64,000 bases of DNA from a virus, in the IMG/VR virus record IMGVR_UViG_3300020182_000020; one strand, 5' to 3'. The notes beneath the pieces were generated by a model that was given only the letters and a program-made list of their open reading frames with translations, ran no database searches and was not told the DNA's origin. Both the position numbers and the translations under genes were made by a program. Shown piece after piece: positions 1-9,230 of this stretch. Numbering within the stretch: the first letter of the stretch is position 1; the number at the start of each line of letters is the position of its first letter.

Positions 1-1
1 C

Positions 2-379
2 TGGGGCGGTATGGAGAACCATGGCCTCGTGTTAAACAATCGAAGTGGCGTTGTTGACTGGATGGGTATTGACGAGTCGACAATTGAAGCTGTCAAGGAC
101 AAGCCCTGTTACTATCCATTCTATAAGATGTTTGTTGATTGGAACGGTGATTGTATTCTTTGTTGCAATGATTGGAACAGAGAGCAAGTGGTGGGTAATT
201 TGATTACACAAAGCCTGAGTGATGTTTGGTTTGGCAAACCAATGACAAAGATAAGAAACAAGTTAAAAAAAGGCAACCGCACAGAAAAACCTTGTAATAA
301 ATGTAATGTAGATGGTACATTATTTGGTAAACCATCTTTCGATTTTATTAACGCACTAGGATCTACAACTGATGAATGA
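2..379 (+). CDS. Radical SAM protein, C-terminal SPASM/twitch domain (5'-truncated by window edge)
   Basis: Frame is open back to nt 2; NNRSG followed by CYYPF..VDWNGDCILCCNDW...CNKC, the Cys pattern of SPASM domains. Confidence 0.7.
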   Translation, partial: WGGMENHGLVLNNRSGVVDWMGIDESTIEAVKDKPCYYPFYKMFVDWNGDCILCCNDWNREQVVGNLITQSLSDVWFGKPMTKIRNKLKKGNRTEKPCNKCNVDGTLFGKPSFDFINALGSTTDE

Positions 380-1229
380 AATATTCCAACAAATGAATAA
401 AAAAGATAAGAAGGAAAAAACCTTCAGGGTTGATCATCCTTCGACGATATGGAAAAAAATTAACTCGCCTTTTCAACTTGCTAATTTTTTAAACAATCAG
501 GACAGAATATATGATGTAATGTCGCTATTAAATCCTAAAAAACCAAAGGGAATGAAAAAAGTTAGAATCGGCGAACAGAATGATGGTGGATATGTTTTTA
601 TAGAAGATCTCTTAAAAGGCGGCAAGGTTGCCTATTCTATTGGCATTGGTAAGACAGTTAAGTTTGAAGAGGCAATTGAAGCATATGGTCACCATATATG
701 GATGTATGATCATACTGTTGACGGTAGCAGGTTTGCTACACCAAACCGAACAATTCAAAAAATAGGGATTGGTCCTAAAAACAAGGGTGAACTGCAGACC
801 TTAAAGACAATGATCGCGAACAATAACCATTCTAATGAAGACAACATGCTTTTGCAGATGGACTGTGAAGGAGCAGAATGGGATGTCTTTTCTTCTATGA
901 ATCCAGACGACCTTAAAGGTTTTTCTCAGCTTTGTGTAGAGATGCATTGGTTTGTTTCTTATTTTTCACAAGCACATACCACAGACCTTATCGAGAACGC
1001 GCTACAGAAACTTCGAAAACACTTTACTCCTTGCCATGTACATGCAAACAATTGGTCAGGTTTCTATAAGATTCCAGGTAAACCTCCAGTGGCGGAGACC
1101 TTTGAGGTCACATGGATACGCAATGATCTAGTAGAATGGGATGAATCGGAAGAAGTTTATCCAACAGAATTTGACTCGCCTTGTAACGCTACAAGATATG
1201 AAATTGAATTAGGCAATGCCCAATGGTAA
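372..1229 (+). CDS. FkbM-like SAM-dependent methyltransferase
   Basis: RIGEQNDGGY, YSIGIG, and LLQMDCEGAEW...QLCVEMH motifs. Confidence 0.75.
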   Translation: MNEIFQQMNKKDKKEKTFRVDHPSTIWKKINSPFQLANFLNNQDRIYDVMSLLNPKKPKGMKKVRIGEQNDGGYVFIEDLLKGGKVAYSIGIGKTVKFEEAIEAYGHHIWMYDHTVDGSRFATPNRTIQKIGIGPKNKGELQTLKTMIANNNHSNEDNMLLQMDCEGAEWDVFSSMNPDDLKGFSQLCVEMHWFVSYFSQAHTTDLIENALQKLRKHFTPCHVHANNWSGFYKIPGKPPVAETFEVTWIRNDLVEWDESEEVYPTEFDSPCNATRYEIELGNAQW

Positions 1230-2017
1230 AAAACATCGCAATACGTTCGATGTCTATGTGGCGAAAGGGCGTGCCCTATACAACTCCAGGAGTAGGCGAT
1301 AGGATACACGCGGTTCTATTTGGCCAGAAATATGCAGATGCACATATGTGTGATGTTGTTCTACATTTAACCTCTGACAAATATGGTAAGCAAGCTAAGA
1401 AAGACACATGGGCAGCATTGAGTGAAATGACTCGAGGTAAAGTCAAAGTTAAAGCATGGCCAGTCTGCGGTTTATCAGAACCAGATTGGTTAGAATATCT
1501 TAAAAATCAAGGGGTCGAAGATCCACAGACTTACTACTATAAAGATCATATTGATCTACAACCTCTTGGTCCAGTTAAAGGCATTGACCTTATTGACGCG
1601 GATGAATACCTTACAGAGTCACCAAAACTTGAACCAATTGATTGTTCTAGTGAAATTGTTTTGCCTCAGAGGTATGTAACTGTTCAATGGGATTCAGCTG
1701 ACAGCAGTAGACAATTGTCTCCGTTAATGTTGAATAAAATTGAAAATGAGTATAGAATAAAAGGACTAGACCTAGTAGTCGTCGGTGGACAGGCTAAAAG
1801 CCGCCACTTAAGAAATTCTTTAAAACACGTTGGGTTTTGTATGGCAAACTCTGAAGGTCATGTTGGAATCGATTCCGGCATGTTGCATATGGCTTCATTA
1901 TATGTTGCATGGAATTTAATAGACATTTATAATCCAATAGGAAACATCAAAGGTAAATCTTCGCATCATGTGTATCGCATGCATAAACATGGCGCTAAAG
2001 TTAATACTTACACATAA
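1223..2017 (+). CDS. GT9-like (heptosyltransferase-family) glycosyltransferase
   Basis: N-terminal PGVGDRIH and C-terminal HVGIDSGMLHMAS match the GT9 GxGD and DSGxxHxA motifs. Confidence 0.65.
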   Translation: MVKNIAIRSMSMWRKGVPYTTPGVGDRIHAVLFGQKYADAHMCDVVLHLTSDKYGKQAKKDTWAALSEMTRGKVKVKAWPVCGLSEPDWLEYLKNQGVEDPQTYYYKDHIDLQPLGPVKGIDLIDADEYLTESPKLEPIDCSSEIVLPQRYVTVQWDSADSSRQLSPLMLNKIENEYRIKGLDLVVVGGQAKSRHLRNSLKHVGFCMANSEGHVGIDSGMLHMASLYVAWNLIDIYNPIGNIKGKSSHHVYRMHKHGAKVNTYT

Positions 2018-2027
2018 GGAATAAATT

Positions 2028-2678
2028 ATGAGAGCATGGGAAGAATATAAATCAGCAAACACGGTCGAGGAAGCTCAGGCTATACAAGAAACTCTTCTCA
2101 CCAAAGACATCGCAGAGGAAAGACAAAATTCGTTTAAGCGTTTGCGTTCTCTAATGCGATATGCAGCCAAATGTGAATCTGTTAAAGAAATTGGAATATT
2201 CCAAGGCAGTTCATTAATGGCAATGATGATTCAAGACAGCGTTAAACACGGCGTTGGGATCGATATTAACCTGAATCACTTTAAAAAATATCTGAAACCT
2301 TTATTAGTAGAATATTGTGAACGTAAAGGAAAGACATTAAAAAGCCATGGCGTCAGTTCTTTAGATGTATCAACTGTTAGTTCTGTCGATATGCTTCATA
2401 TCGACAGTTTGCACCACCCCTCTCATTTAAAAAAAGAACTACAAACACATCATATGTCTGTTAAGAAGTACATTGCCTTTCATGATATAAAACAAAACGA
2501 TTGGGCTTTACTTAAAGTCATTGAAGAATTTTGCCAAAACAACCGCGAATGGTCCGTTGTTGAACGGTTAACTGGAGGAGGTGCCGGACATGCAGTGATC
2601 GCCCGTGACGCCACTGAAGATGACTTAGGAGATATTCAAGAGAAACCTCCTGGACCAACAAAACGTATTAGCAGTTAA
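2028..2678 (+). CDS. Class I SAM methyltransferase (Methyltransf_24-like)
   Basis: KEIGIFQGSS, DMLHIDSLH and YIAFHD motifs. Confidence 0.7.
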   Translation: MRAWEEYKSANTVEEAQAIQETLLTKDIAEERQNSFKRLRSLMRYAAKCESVKEIGIFQGSSLMAMMIQDSVKHGVGIDINLNHFKKYLKPLLVEYCERKGKTLKSHGVSSLDVSTVSSVDMLHIDSLHHPSHLKKELQTHHMSVKKYIAFHDIKQNDWALLKVIEEFCQNNREWSVVERLTGGGAGHAVIARDATEDDLGDIQEKPPGPTKRISS

Positions 2679-2679
2679 A

Positions 2680-3480
2680 ATGGGAATGGGGGATGATATG
2701 TTTTTTCTCGGCGAAGCGGAGAAAATCTTTAAAGAAACTGGCCAACTGGTAAGGCCAGTTGGTAGTGGTAAATCTCCTCTTTTTAATAACGTTGAGTTTC
2801 TATCGGACAGCGGAGTAACTGTCAACACAAGAGACACCACTCCAGAAAAAACAGACTATAGAATACAGTATATGTGCTCAGAAGAGAAAAGGACTATTCT
2901 GGGTAAGAAAATGGTCTGGCGGCCATATAAGATTAAACCTTTTCATATTCGATTCACCGAGAAAGAATTAGAAACCGCAGATAAAATTTTAGAAGAACAC
3001 AATGTACCAAAAGAGTTTGTTGCGATTAATCCTGACTTTAAAAAAACATTCTTCGGTTCGAATAAAAACTGGGGGATCAAGAAGTATCAAGAGTTAGTAG
3101 ACAGGCTTGACGGCCTTGTTGACCTGCCTTGTGTTCGAATAATGCCTAAAGGGATCTACAAAGAGCCTTTAATTAAAGGCGCGATAAATATTGAGAGCAC
3201 AGACGTTCGTGTTTCTTTTGCCATGTTAAGAAACGCGAAATTCGGTGTTGGATATATCGGAATGTTTATCCACGCACTAGGAGGTATGGGTATACCTTGC
3301 GTTGTTTTACAGGGTGGTATAGCAAACACAACGATTGGCGAATATCCTGGTCATATCAATATAGAATATGATCATCCAGAGTCGCCCTGCGGTAACACTT
3401 ACGAATGTTCACATTGTGCTGACGCCAATGAATGGATGACAGTTGATATGATTTTTAATGCATGCAGGAAATTATTATGA
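2680..3480 (+). CDS. GT9-like glycosyltransferase
   Basis: GMGDD start, VAINP, KNWG, HALGGMGIPCVVLQGG; ends in a Cys cluster (C-x5-C-x2-C). Confidence 0.6.
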   Translation: MGMGDDMFFLGEAEKIFKETGQLVRPVGSGKSPLFNNVEFLSDSGVTVNTRDTTPEKTDYRIQYMCSEEKRTILGKKMVWRPYKIKPFHIRFTEKELETADKILEEHNVPKEFVAINPDFKKTFFGSNKNWGIKKYQELVDRLDGLVDLPCVRIMPKGIYKEPLIKGAINIESTDVRVSFAMLRNAKFGVGYIGMFIHALGGMGIPCVVLQGGIANTTIGEYPGHINIEYDHPESPCGNTYECSHCADANEWMTVDMIFNACRKLL

Positions 3481-3980
3481 GCGATCACACGATACAATTT
3501 GGAGGTAAGATTTACCCGAAACTGCAACAAGAAGGATTTGCATCTCAATACGCATTTCCATTTGCTTCGAAGTTATTGAAAGGTAAAGGTGTTGATGTTG
3601 GATGTATGAAACCGGAATGGGCGTTTCCAGGAGCAATACCTGTAGACTTAGACTTTGACGATGAATGGCACGCCTTGAACCTTCCTGAAAATGAATTAGA
3701 CTATGTTTTCTCTTCACATTGTCTCGAGCATCTATCCGACTGGGTTGGTGTTTTAGACTACTGGTATGAACAATTAAAAGTTGGTGGTCTTCTGTTTTTA
3801 TACCTACCTAGTTATCAGCAAGAGTACTGGAAACCTTGGCATAACCGAAAACACGTAAACGTTTTAGAACCTCATATCATTCGTGATTGCCTTCAATCTA
3901 GAGGAAAATGGAGAGAAGTTATTGTTACCGACGGTTTTGACCTTAACCATTCGTTCTACGCGACAGCTCGAAAAGTTTAA
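3477..3980 (+). CDS. SAM-dependent methyltransferase (type 11-like)
   Basis: GVDVGC, DYVFSSHCLEH, LKVGGLLFLYLP; ATG at 3477 overlaps the upstream stop. Confidence 0.75.
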   Translation: MSDHTIQFGGKIYPKLQQEGFASQYAFPFASKLLKGKGVDVGCMKPEWAFPGAIPVDLDFDDEWHALNLPENELDYVFSSHCLEHLSDWVGVLDYWYEQLKVGGLLFLYLPSYQQEYWKPWHNRKHVNVLEPHIIRDCLQSRGKWREVIVTDGFDLNHSFYATARKV

Positions 3981-4441
3981 TGAAAGCTACTCCTCTCTAT
4001 CCTTCTAATCCCGAGACTCTGTGTTTAAATCATAAGACAAAAGTTTTAGTGAATGGCGCGTTTGACATTCTACATACAGGCCACATCGATTTGTTCATGT
4101 ACGCCAAGTCTTTAGGATATGTTATCTGCGCTATTGATAGTGACGAAAGAATACGGCAGAATAAAGGAATAGATCGCCCAGTTAACCCTTTGCCGGTTAG
4201 AGCCAAGATTTTGTCTCGTATAATTGACATTAACGAAGTTTGGTCATTTAACAGCGACGTTGAATTGATTTCTCTTATGTCTAGAGCAGACGTGAGGGTT
4301 ATTGGATCCGATTGGAAAGGCAAAGATATTGTTGGTGAAGATCTAATCGATATCGATTTTTTTGAAAGAGTAAATGATGAAGCTACCACAAACACCCTTG
4401 AAGATTATATTAATCGGCGAAACCTGTTGGGACGCGTATAG
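3980..4441 (+). CDS. hldC: RfaE/HldE domain II-like nucleotidyltransferase (heptose-1-phosphate adenylyltransferase-like)
   Basis: NGAFDILHTGH (HxGH), DSDERIRQNKG..RPVN, IGSDW. Confidence 0.75.
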   Translation: MKATPLYPSNPETLCLNHKTKVLVNGAFDILHTGHIDLFMYAKSLGYVICAIDSDERIRQNKGIDRPVNPLPVRAKILSRIIDINEVWSFNSDVELISLMSRADVRVIGSDWKGKDIVGEDLIDIDFFERVNDEATTNTLEDYINRRNLLGRV

Positions 4442-5126
4442 ATCTGGGACTGTTAACCGAATAAGTCCAGAGGCTCCTGTTCCTGTTTTAGACTGGCCAG
4501 GAATTGAAACGTGCCGAGAAGGTATGGCAATGAACGTTGCTGCCAATTTAGAAAATTTTGGAGCAGAGATCGATCTTCATACGAGGTATGTCGAACAAAA
4601 AATAAGATATTTTAGTGGACAGCACCAGCTGTTGCGAGTTGACATCCCTCTAGTTGGATGGCATCCGTTTGATCCCGAAGAAATCTCAGGCGAGAACCCC
4701 GCCGCCGTTGTCATCTCTGATTATAACAAAGGGTTTATATCTTATGACGCGATAAGATATATTCGAGCTAACTGCCATTGCCCAATGTTTATCGATACCA
4801 AGAAGCCAGACCTCAAACAATTTGACGGAATTATTACTAAAATAAATACTGATGAGTGGAACCGTAGAACAAGCGACCATCCTACTCCAGATCAATTAAT
4901 CGTTACTGGAGGTGGCGGTAAGATTATATCTGGCAAAGAAGAATGGATTCCTCCTGAAATTGAGATGGTTGATGTCTGTGGCGCCGGAGATACTTTCTTT
5001 GCTGCATTTATTGTGAAGTTTCTTCAAACAAATAGTAAGTCTGACGCAATCGAATTTGCCATGAGAGCTGCAGCAGTTACTGTACAACACTTAGGAGTTT
5101 ATGCTCCGACACTGGAGGAGATATGA
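4374..5126 (+). CDS. hldA: RfaE/HldE domain I-like PfkB kinase (heptose-7-phosphate kinase-like)
   Basis: NRISPEAPVPV, AMNVAANL, ISDYNKG, VDVCGAGDTF. Confidence 0.8.
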   Translation: MMKLPQTPLKIILIGETCWDAYRSGTVNRISPEAPVPVLDWPGIETCREGMAMNVAANLENFGAEIDLHTRYVEQKIRYFSGQHQLLRVDIPLVGWHPFDPEEISGENPAAVVISDYNKGFISYDAIRYIRANCHCPMFIDTKKPDLKQFDGIITKINTDEWNRRTSDHPTPDQLIVTGGGGKIISGKEEWIPPEIEMVDVCGAGDTFFAAFIVKFLQTNSKSDAIEFAMRAAAVTVQHLGVYAPTLEEI

Positions 5127-5476
5127 CTAGATTAGAAGGAACCGTGAAGAAAGCGTGGGGTTCAGAAATAATCTGGGCGACCAACGAACTGTATTGCGGA
5201 AAATTAATGAACTTTAATTCTGGTTGTTCGTTTTCTATGCACATGCATAAAGAGAAAGACGAAACTTGGTACGTGTTGTCTGGCAAATTTATTCTAAAAT
5301 TAATAGACACGTCTGACGCTAGCGTTTCAGAAAAAATCCTAAATACTGGCGATGTATGGAGAAACGAACCTATGCTCCCGCATCAGCTCTACTGTCTCGA
5401 ACAGGGCACTATTATCGAGGTGTCGACACCAGATTCTGTAGAGGACAATTACAGAGTAGGAAAAGGAAAAAATTAA
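5123..5476 (+). CDS. Cupin-domain sugar isomerase-like protein
   Basis: VKKAWGSEIIW, SMHMHKEKDETWYV, PHQL, EVST. Confidence 0.75.
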   Translation: MTRLEGTVKKAWGSEIIWATNELYCGKLMNFNSGCSFSMHMHKEKDETWYVLSGKFILKLIDTSDASVSEKILNTGDVWRNEPMLPHQLYCLEQGTIIEVSTPDSVEDNYRVGKGKN

Positions 5477-5478
5477 AA

Positions 5479-5760
5479 ATGAGATTTATTGTCGACATAG
5501 ATAAGACTATCTGTTTAACATTAGACGGTAATTATTATACTGCATTGGCGATTAGAAAACACGTTGAAAAAATAAACGCTTTATATGACGCGGGGCATGA
5601 GATTATTTACTGGACAGCTCGCGGCGCTGTCTCTGGAAAAGACTGGAGCGCACTTACTAAGCAACAATTAGAAGACTGGGGTGTTCGGTATACAGAATTA
5701 TGGATGAACAAACCGCATTATGATGTGTGGGTAGATGATAAGGCGGAATGGATATTTTAA
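5479..5760 (+). CDS. Small HAD-superfamily phosphatase
   Basis: DIDKT (DxDxT), YWTARG, KPHYDVWVDDK; true start taken as ATG at 5479. Confidence 0.75.
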   Translation: MRFIVDIDKTICLTLDGNYYTALAIRKHVEKINALYDAGHEIIYWTARGAVSGKDWSALTKQQLEDWGVRYTELWMNKPHYDVWVDDKAEWIF

Positions 5761-5761
5761 A

Positions 5762-6463
5762 ATGAAAGTAAAAATTATTGTAATGCACGGAAATGGGATT
5801 TCAGAAAGAGGTTATCACGCCTGTCGCCGTAGTGCAAGAAAGGTTAATGGCCCTGCGTTTTGGATGAACATATTTAAAGCTATACGCCCATGGGAAATTG
5901 AAGATCTGCAACAGAAGTATGGGTTATCATACACATATCCGACGAAAGAACCTAGGCTTGATTTTTCAACAGGCCTGAGTCTTTCGCCCTATGTTGGAAA
6001 TACCGATACTCGTATTGCTTGTTTCTTTTCTCATTATCTCCTCTGGCAAGAATGCGTGGAAACACAAGAGCATTTTCTTATTCTAGAACATGATGTGGAA
6101 TTTGTTAATAAAGTAAATTGGGATCATCTAGAAAAATCTAAGTACCAGATCATTGGGATTAACGATCCTCGAGGCGCAACGAGGCGCTCGCAAGAATATC
6201 ATAACTTAGCACAAGCAAGAAATTACACAATTGCTCCTCCTCCATATATTGATGAACAACATGTGCCACAAGGACTTGCAGGCAATTCAGCCTACTATAT
6301 AAAACCCCTTGGTGCACAAAAACTTATTGAGCTGGTTGATCAGCATGGCATTTGGCCCAACGACGCTATTATGTGCAAACAACTACTACCTGGAATGTTG
6401 GGTCAAACTAAAAAATATTATACAAAAGTGCAAGGGTTAGTTTCAACTACTACTACATTATGA
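5762..6463 (+). CDS. Glycosyltransferase family 25-like
   Basis: IACFFSHYLLWQEC, LILEHD, AYYIKPLGAQKL. Confidence 0.75.
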   Translation: MKVKIIVMHGNGISERGYHACRRSARKVNGPAFWMNIFKAIRPWEIEDLQQKYGLSYTYPTKEPRLDFSTGLSLSPYVGNTDTRIACFFSHYLLWQECVETQEHFLILEHDVEFVNKVNWDHLEKSKYQIIGINDPRGATRRSQEYHNLAQARNYTIAPPPYIDEQHVPQGLAGNSAYYIKPLGAQKLIELVDQHGIWPNDAIMCKQLLPGMLGQTKKYYTKVQGLVSTTTTL

Positions 6464-7107
6464 AATCATTCGTAATAACTATAAAAGACAATAGTCTTTC
6501 TGAGCAAGCTGCAGAAAGATGTATTCGATCGATGCCAGATTTTAAAGTATTAAAGTTCTACGGCATTACTCCAAAGGACAACCCTCTAGAGATATTGAAA
6601 ATAGAATCAATACCTGTTTCTGGGTTCCAAGAAAAGTATTCTTATCTTGAGTCCTGCATTGCGGCGTTTCTTTCTCATTATGCTCTATGGAAAAAATGTG
6701 TAGAGGATAAAGTAGAATATCAAATCTTCGAGCACGATGCTTTCTGCGTTGGAGAGTTACCTGAGTTTATAAATTATGACAAAGCGATATCTTTAGGCAA
6801 ACCAAGTTATGGCAACTTCAACACCCCACTAATGTTAGGAACTAATCCTCTTGTTTCCAAGCGTTACTTTCCTGGGGCGCATGCGTATCGAATAAAACCA
6901 GCTGGCGCTAAAGAGCTGATCGCCCGCGCAAAAGTTGATGGTGGGCCAACAGACGTTTTCTTACACCTTGACAAATTCCCTTGGTTGCAAGAGTATTACC
7001 CTTGGCCAGTAGTCGCAAAAGACTCTTTCACCACAATACAGAAAACGCAAGGTTGTTTGGCGAAACATAATTGGCATGATGGGGTAGGTTATGAAATCGT
7101 ACGATAA
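6460..7107 (+). CDS. Glycosyltransferase family 25-like
   Basis: FLSHYALWKKC, IFEHDA, GAHAYRIKPAGAKELI; paralog of upstream gene. Confidence 0.75.
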   Translation: MKSFVITIKDNSLSEQAAERCIRSMPDFKVLKFYGITPKDNPLEILKIESIPVSGFQEKYSYLESCIAAFLSHYALWKKCVEDKVEYQIFEHDAFCVGELPEFINYDKAISLGKPSYGNFNTPLMLGTNPLVSKRYFPGAHAYRIKPAGAKELIARAKVDGGPTDVFLHLDKFPWLQEYYPWPVVAKDSFTTIQKTQGCLAKHNWHDGVGYEIVR

Positions 7108-7753
7108 AGTTTTTGTTACAGGATGTGATGAAAAGACTGAGTGGCAGCTAGAATGGTTCCACAAAAATTTTAAAAAACACAATAAAACAATCCCTATTGT
7201 TTTTGCAGACTTTGGCGTTTCTGCAGAAATGCTTGAATGGATACACAAGATAAGCACATTTGATGATATAATTAGTATTCCTAAACAAAGAGTAAACGGC
7301 TGGTTTCTCAAGCCCAAAACACTGCAACTTATCAACGCAAAAAAACTCTGTTGGCTTGATACTGATTGCGAAGTTCTAGAAAATATCGAAGACATATGGA
7401 ATCATTGCGAACCAGACAAGCTCGGGATGTGCGAAGACAGACCATGGTCTAAACGTTCTGGAGAGAAATGGTTTAATTCGGGTGTTATGGCAATTATAGA
7501 TAAACCAAGAATATTAAACGCATGGATCGATGCATGCGCCAAGAAACCAAATCAAGGCGATCAAGAAGTTTTACATTTTATGATGGGTAATCCGCTTAAT
7601 CAGGTTACTCACATCTGCCAGCTGCCTCATATGTATAACTGGCTTCGAATTGATGTTCAACACGATTCTACCGATAGCAATAAAAAAAGAATTATGCACT
7701 GGACTGGTGAGAAAGGTAATAACATAATAAGGAAAAAAATATATAATGGCTGA
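7091..7753 (+). CDS. GT8-like / nucleotide-diphospho-sugar transferase
   Basis: WLDTD (DxD), FNSGV, GDQEVL, IMHWTG. Confidence 0.7.
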   Translation: MKSYDKVFVTGCDEKTEWQLEWFHKNFKKHNKTIPIVFADFGVSAEMLEWIHKISTFDDIISIPKQRVNGWFLKPKTLQLINAKKLCWLDTDCEVLENIEDIWNHCEPDKLGMCEDRPWSKRSGEKWFNSGVMAIIDKPRILNAWIDACAKKPNQGDQEVLHFMMGNPLNQVTHICQLPHMYNWLRIDVQHDSTDSNKKRIMHWTGEKGNNIIRKKIYNG

Positions 7754-8504
7754 AAAAGTTTGGCACATAATTGGTAACGGCGATTTAGCAGCGGTATACA
7801 AATTTCGAGAAAGGGCAGGCAAAAAAATAATCTGTAACATGCCTCCTTTTGATATGCCTGCAAACGAAGTTTACGCGACCGCCATGGTTGATTTTAAGAT
7901 GATGATGGCTCTTACCGAAGGCTCCTTGAACCTAGATATGTACCCGTGGATCCTTGGCACTCGACCTAAGATCTGGATGAGCGACCCAAAACAATCAAAC
8001 TTCTATTTAAAATATGCTGCAAACGTTCGCGAATTTTATACAGATGTTCCCAAGTATGCTAAGAATGCAACCAACTTCAACTGCGGAATGATGGCAGTAC
8101 ATTATGCCGTCCATAAAAAGAAAGCAGACGTTGTACATATGTATGGGTTTGATACGCTATTTGATTTTAATATGCGGTCAGTTACGGACCTTTACTTGAA
8201 CAGCGACAGAGGAAACATAAACAATTTTAGGTTGATAGAGAATTGGCGACCTGTGTGGAACGGTATCTTTAAAGAAGCTGAACAAAAAACAGGAACTAAA
8301 TTTATTCTTCATCACAATCACAATAATCTTAAAATCACTAATCGAGATAATATATCTGTCGAGACATATGACTTGAAAGAAGAAAAAAAGAAGAGTAAGA
8401 TAAAGTCTTCGGGTCCGGTTGTTTCGAAAGAACAAATTAACAATATGAACCGCCAACAAAAAAGGGCCTATGAAGCCCAACTTCGAAAGGGTATATTAGG
8501 ATAA
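7746..8504 (+). CDS. Conserved glycan-cluster protein (DUF115/sialyltransferase-like fold suspected)
   Basis: HIIGNG start, ICN, VHMYGFD; basic C-terminal tail. Confidence 0.4.
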   Translation: MAEKVWHIIGNGDLAAVYKFRERAGKKIICNMPPFDMPANEVYATAMVDFKMMMALTEGSLNLDMYPWILGTRPKIWMSDPKQSNFYLKYAANVREFYTDVPKYAKNATNFNCGMMAVHYAVHKKKADVVHMYGFDTLFDFNMRSVTDLYLNSDRGNINNFRLIENWRPVWNGIFKEAEQKTGTKFILHHNHNNLKITNRDNISVETYDLKEEKKKSKIKSSGPVVSKEQINNMNRQQKRAYEAQLRKGILG

Positions 8505-8505
8505 T

Positions 8506-9162
8506 ATGTTTAAACACGCTCCAGTCGATCTAGGGTACGATGATTTATTAACAGAACAGAAAAACAATAAGAGGCATTATCGTTCTGGTTCGAATCTATA
8601 CCCGTCAATTACAACTGTCCTCAGTGTATTAAGCGAAGAAGGTATCGCCAAGTGGCGAGCAAAAGTGGGCGATGAGGAAGCAGATAAGATCTCTTATCGA
8701 GCGGCCACTCGGGGAACTGCGGTTCATGAGATAATTGAGAAGTACATAAACAACGATCCAGAGTATCAATCTAGTTATATGCCGAACATTATTGGTAATT
8801 TTTTATCAGTCAAAAAAATTCTAGACGAACGAATTGGAGTAGTCTATGGTCAAGAACTTCCTCTCTATTCTGATCATTTACGCGTCGCTGGGCGCGTTGA
8901 TTGCGTTGCTCAATTTGACGGCAAGGATTCAATCATTGACTTTAAAACCAGTCGAAAACCAAAACTCCGAAAGTATATCACCAACTACTTTCAACAAGAG
9001 TCTGCCTACGCGATCATGTGGGAAGAACGCACCAGAATGCCAATTACCCAACTCGTTACCATAGTCGCAGTAGACGACGCCAAGCCCCAAGTGTTTGTGG
9101 AACATAGAGATAAATGGGCTCCAGAACTCCTCAAGACAATAAAACTCTTCGAAAATCAATAA
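8506..9162 (+). CDS. PD-(D/E)XK exonuclease of T4-like phages
   Basis: YPSITTVLS, RGTAVHE, AGRVDC, IIDFKTS, QxSAYA. Confidence 0.8.
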   Translation: MFKHAPVDLGYDDLLTEQKNNKRHYRSGSNLYPSITTVLSVLSEEGIAKWRAKVGDEEADKISYRAATRGTAVHEIIEKYINNDPEYQSSYMPNIIGNFLSVKKILDERIGVVYGQELPLYSDHLRVAGRVDCVAQFDGKDSIIDFKTSRKPKLRKYITNYFQQESAYAIMWEERTRMPITQLVTIVAVDDAKPQVFVEHRDKWAPELLKTIKLFENQ

Positions 9163-9225
9163 CTTACCTCTAGTTTTAATTCGTCATTTCGTATGGTATA
9201 ATAATATCATAAGCAAAAAAGGACG
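9155..9225 (+). promoter_or_regulatory. Early-type promoter, copy 1
   Basis: ATCAATAACTTA (9155-9166), GTTTTA at -35, TGnTATAAT (-10 at 9197-9202), TAAGCAAAAAAGGA leader/RBS. Confidence 0.65.
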
Positions 9226-9230
9226 GAAAT

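Noticed and set aside
1-8504. DNA hypermodification cluster
   Set aside because: No nucleotide hydroxymethylase or T4-type DNA glucosyltransferase is recognisable, and the families are LPS/glycan types; it cannot be fully excluded from this window.
8506-9162. Cas4
   Set aside because: PD-(D/E)XK core only; it lacks the four Fe-S cysteines and any cas context.
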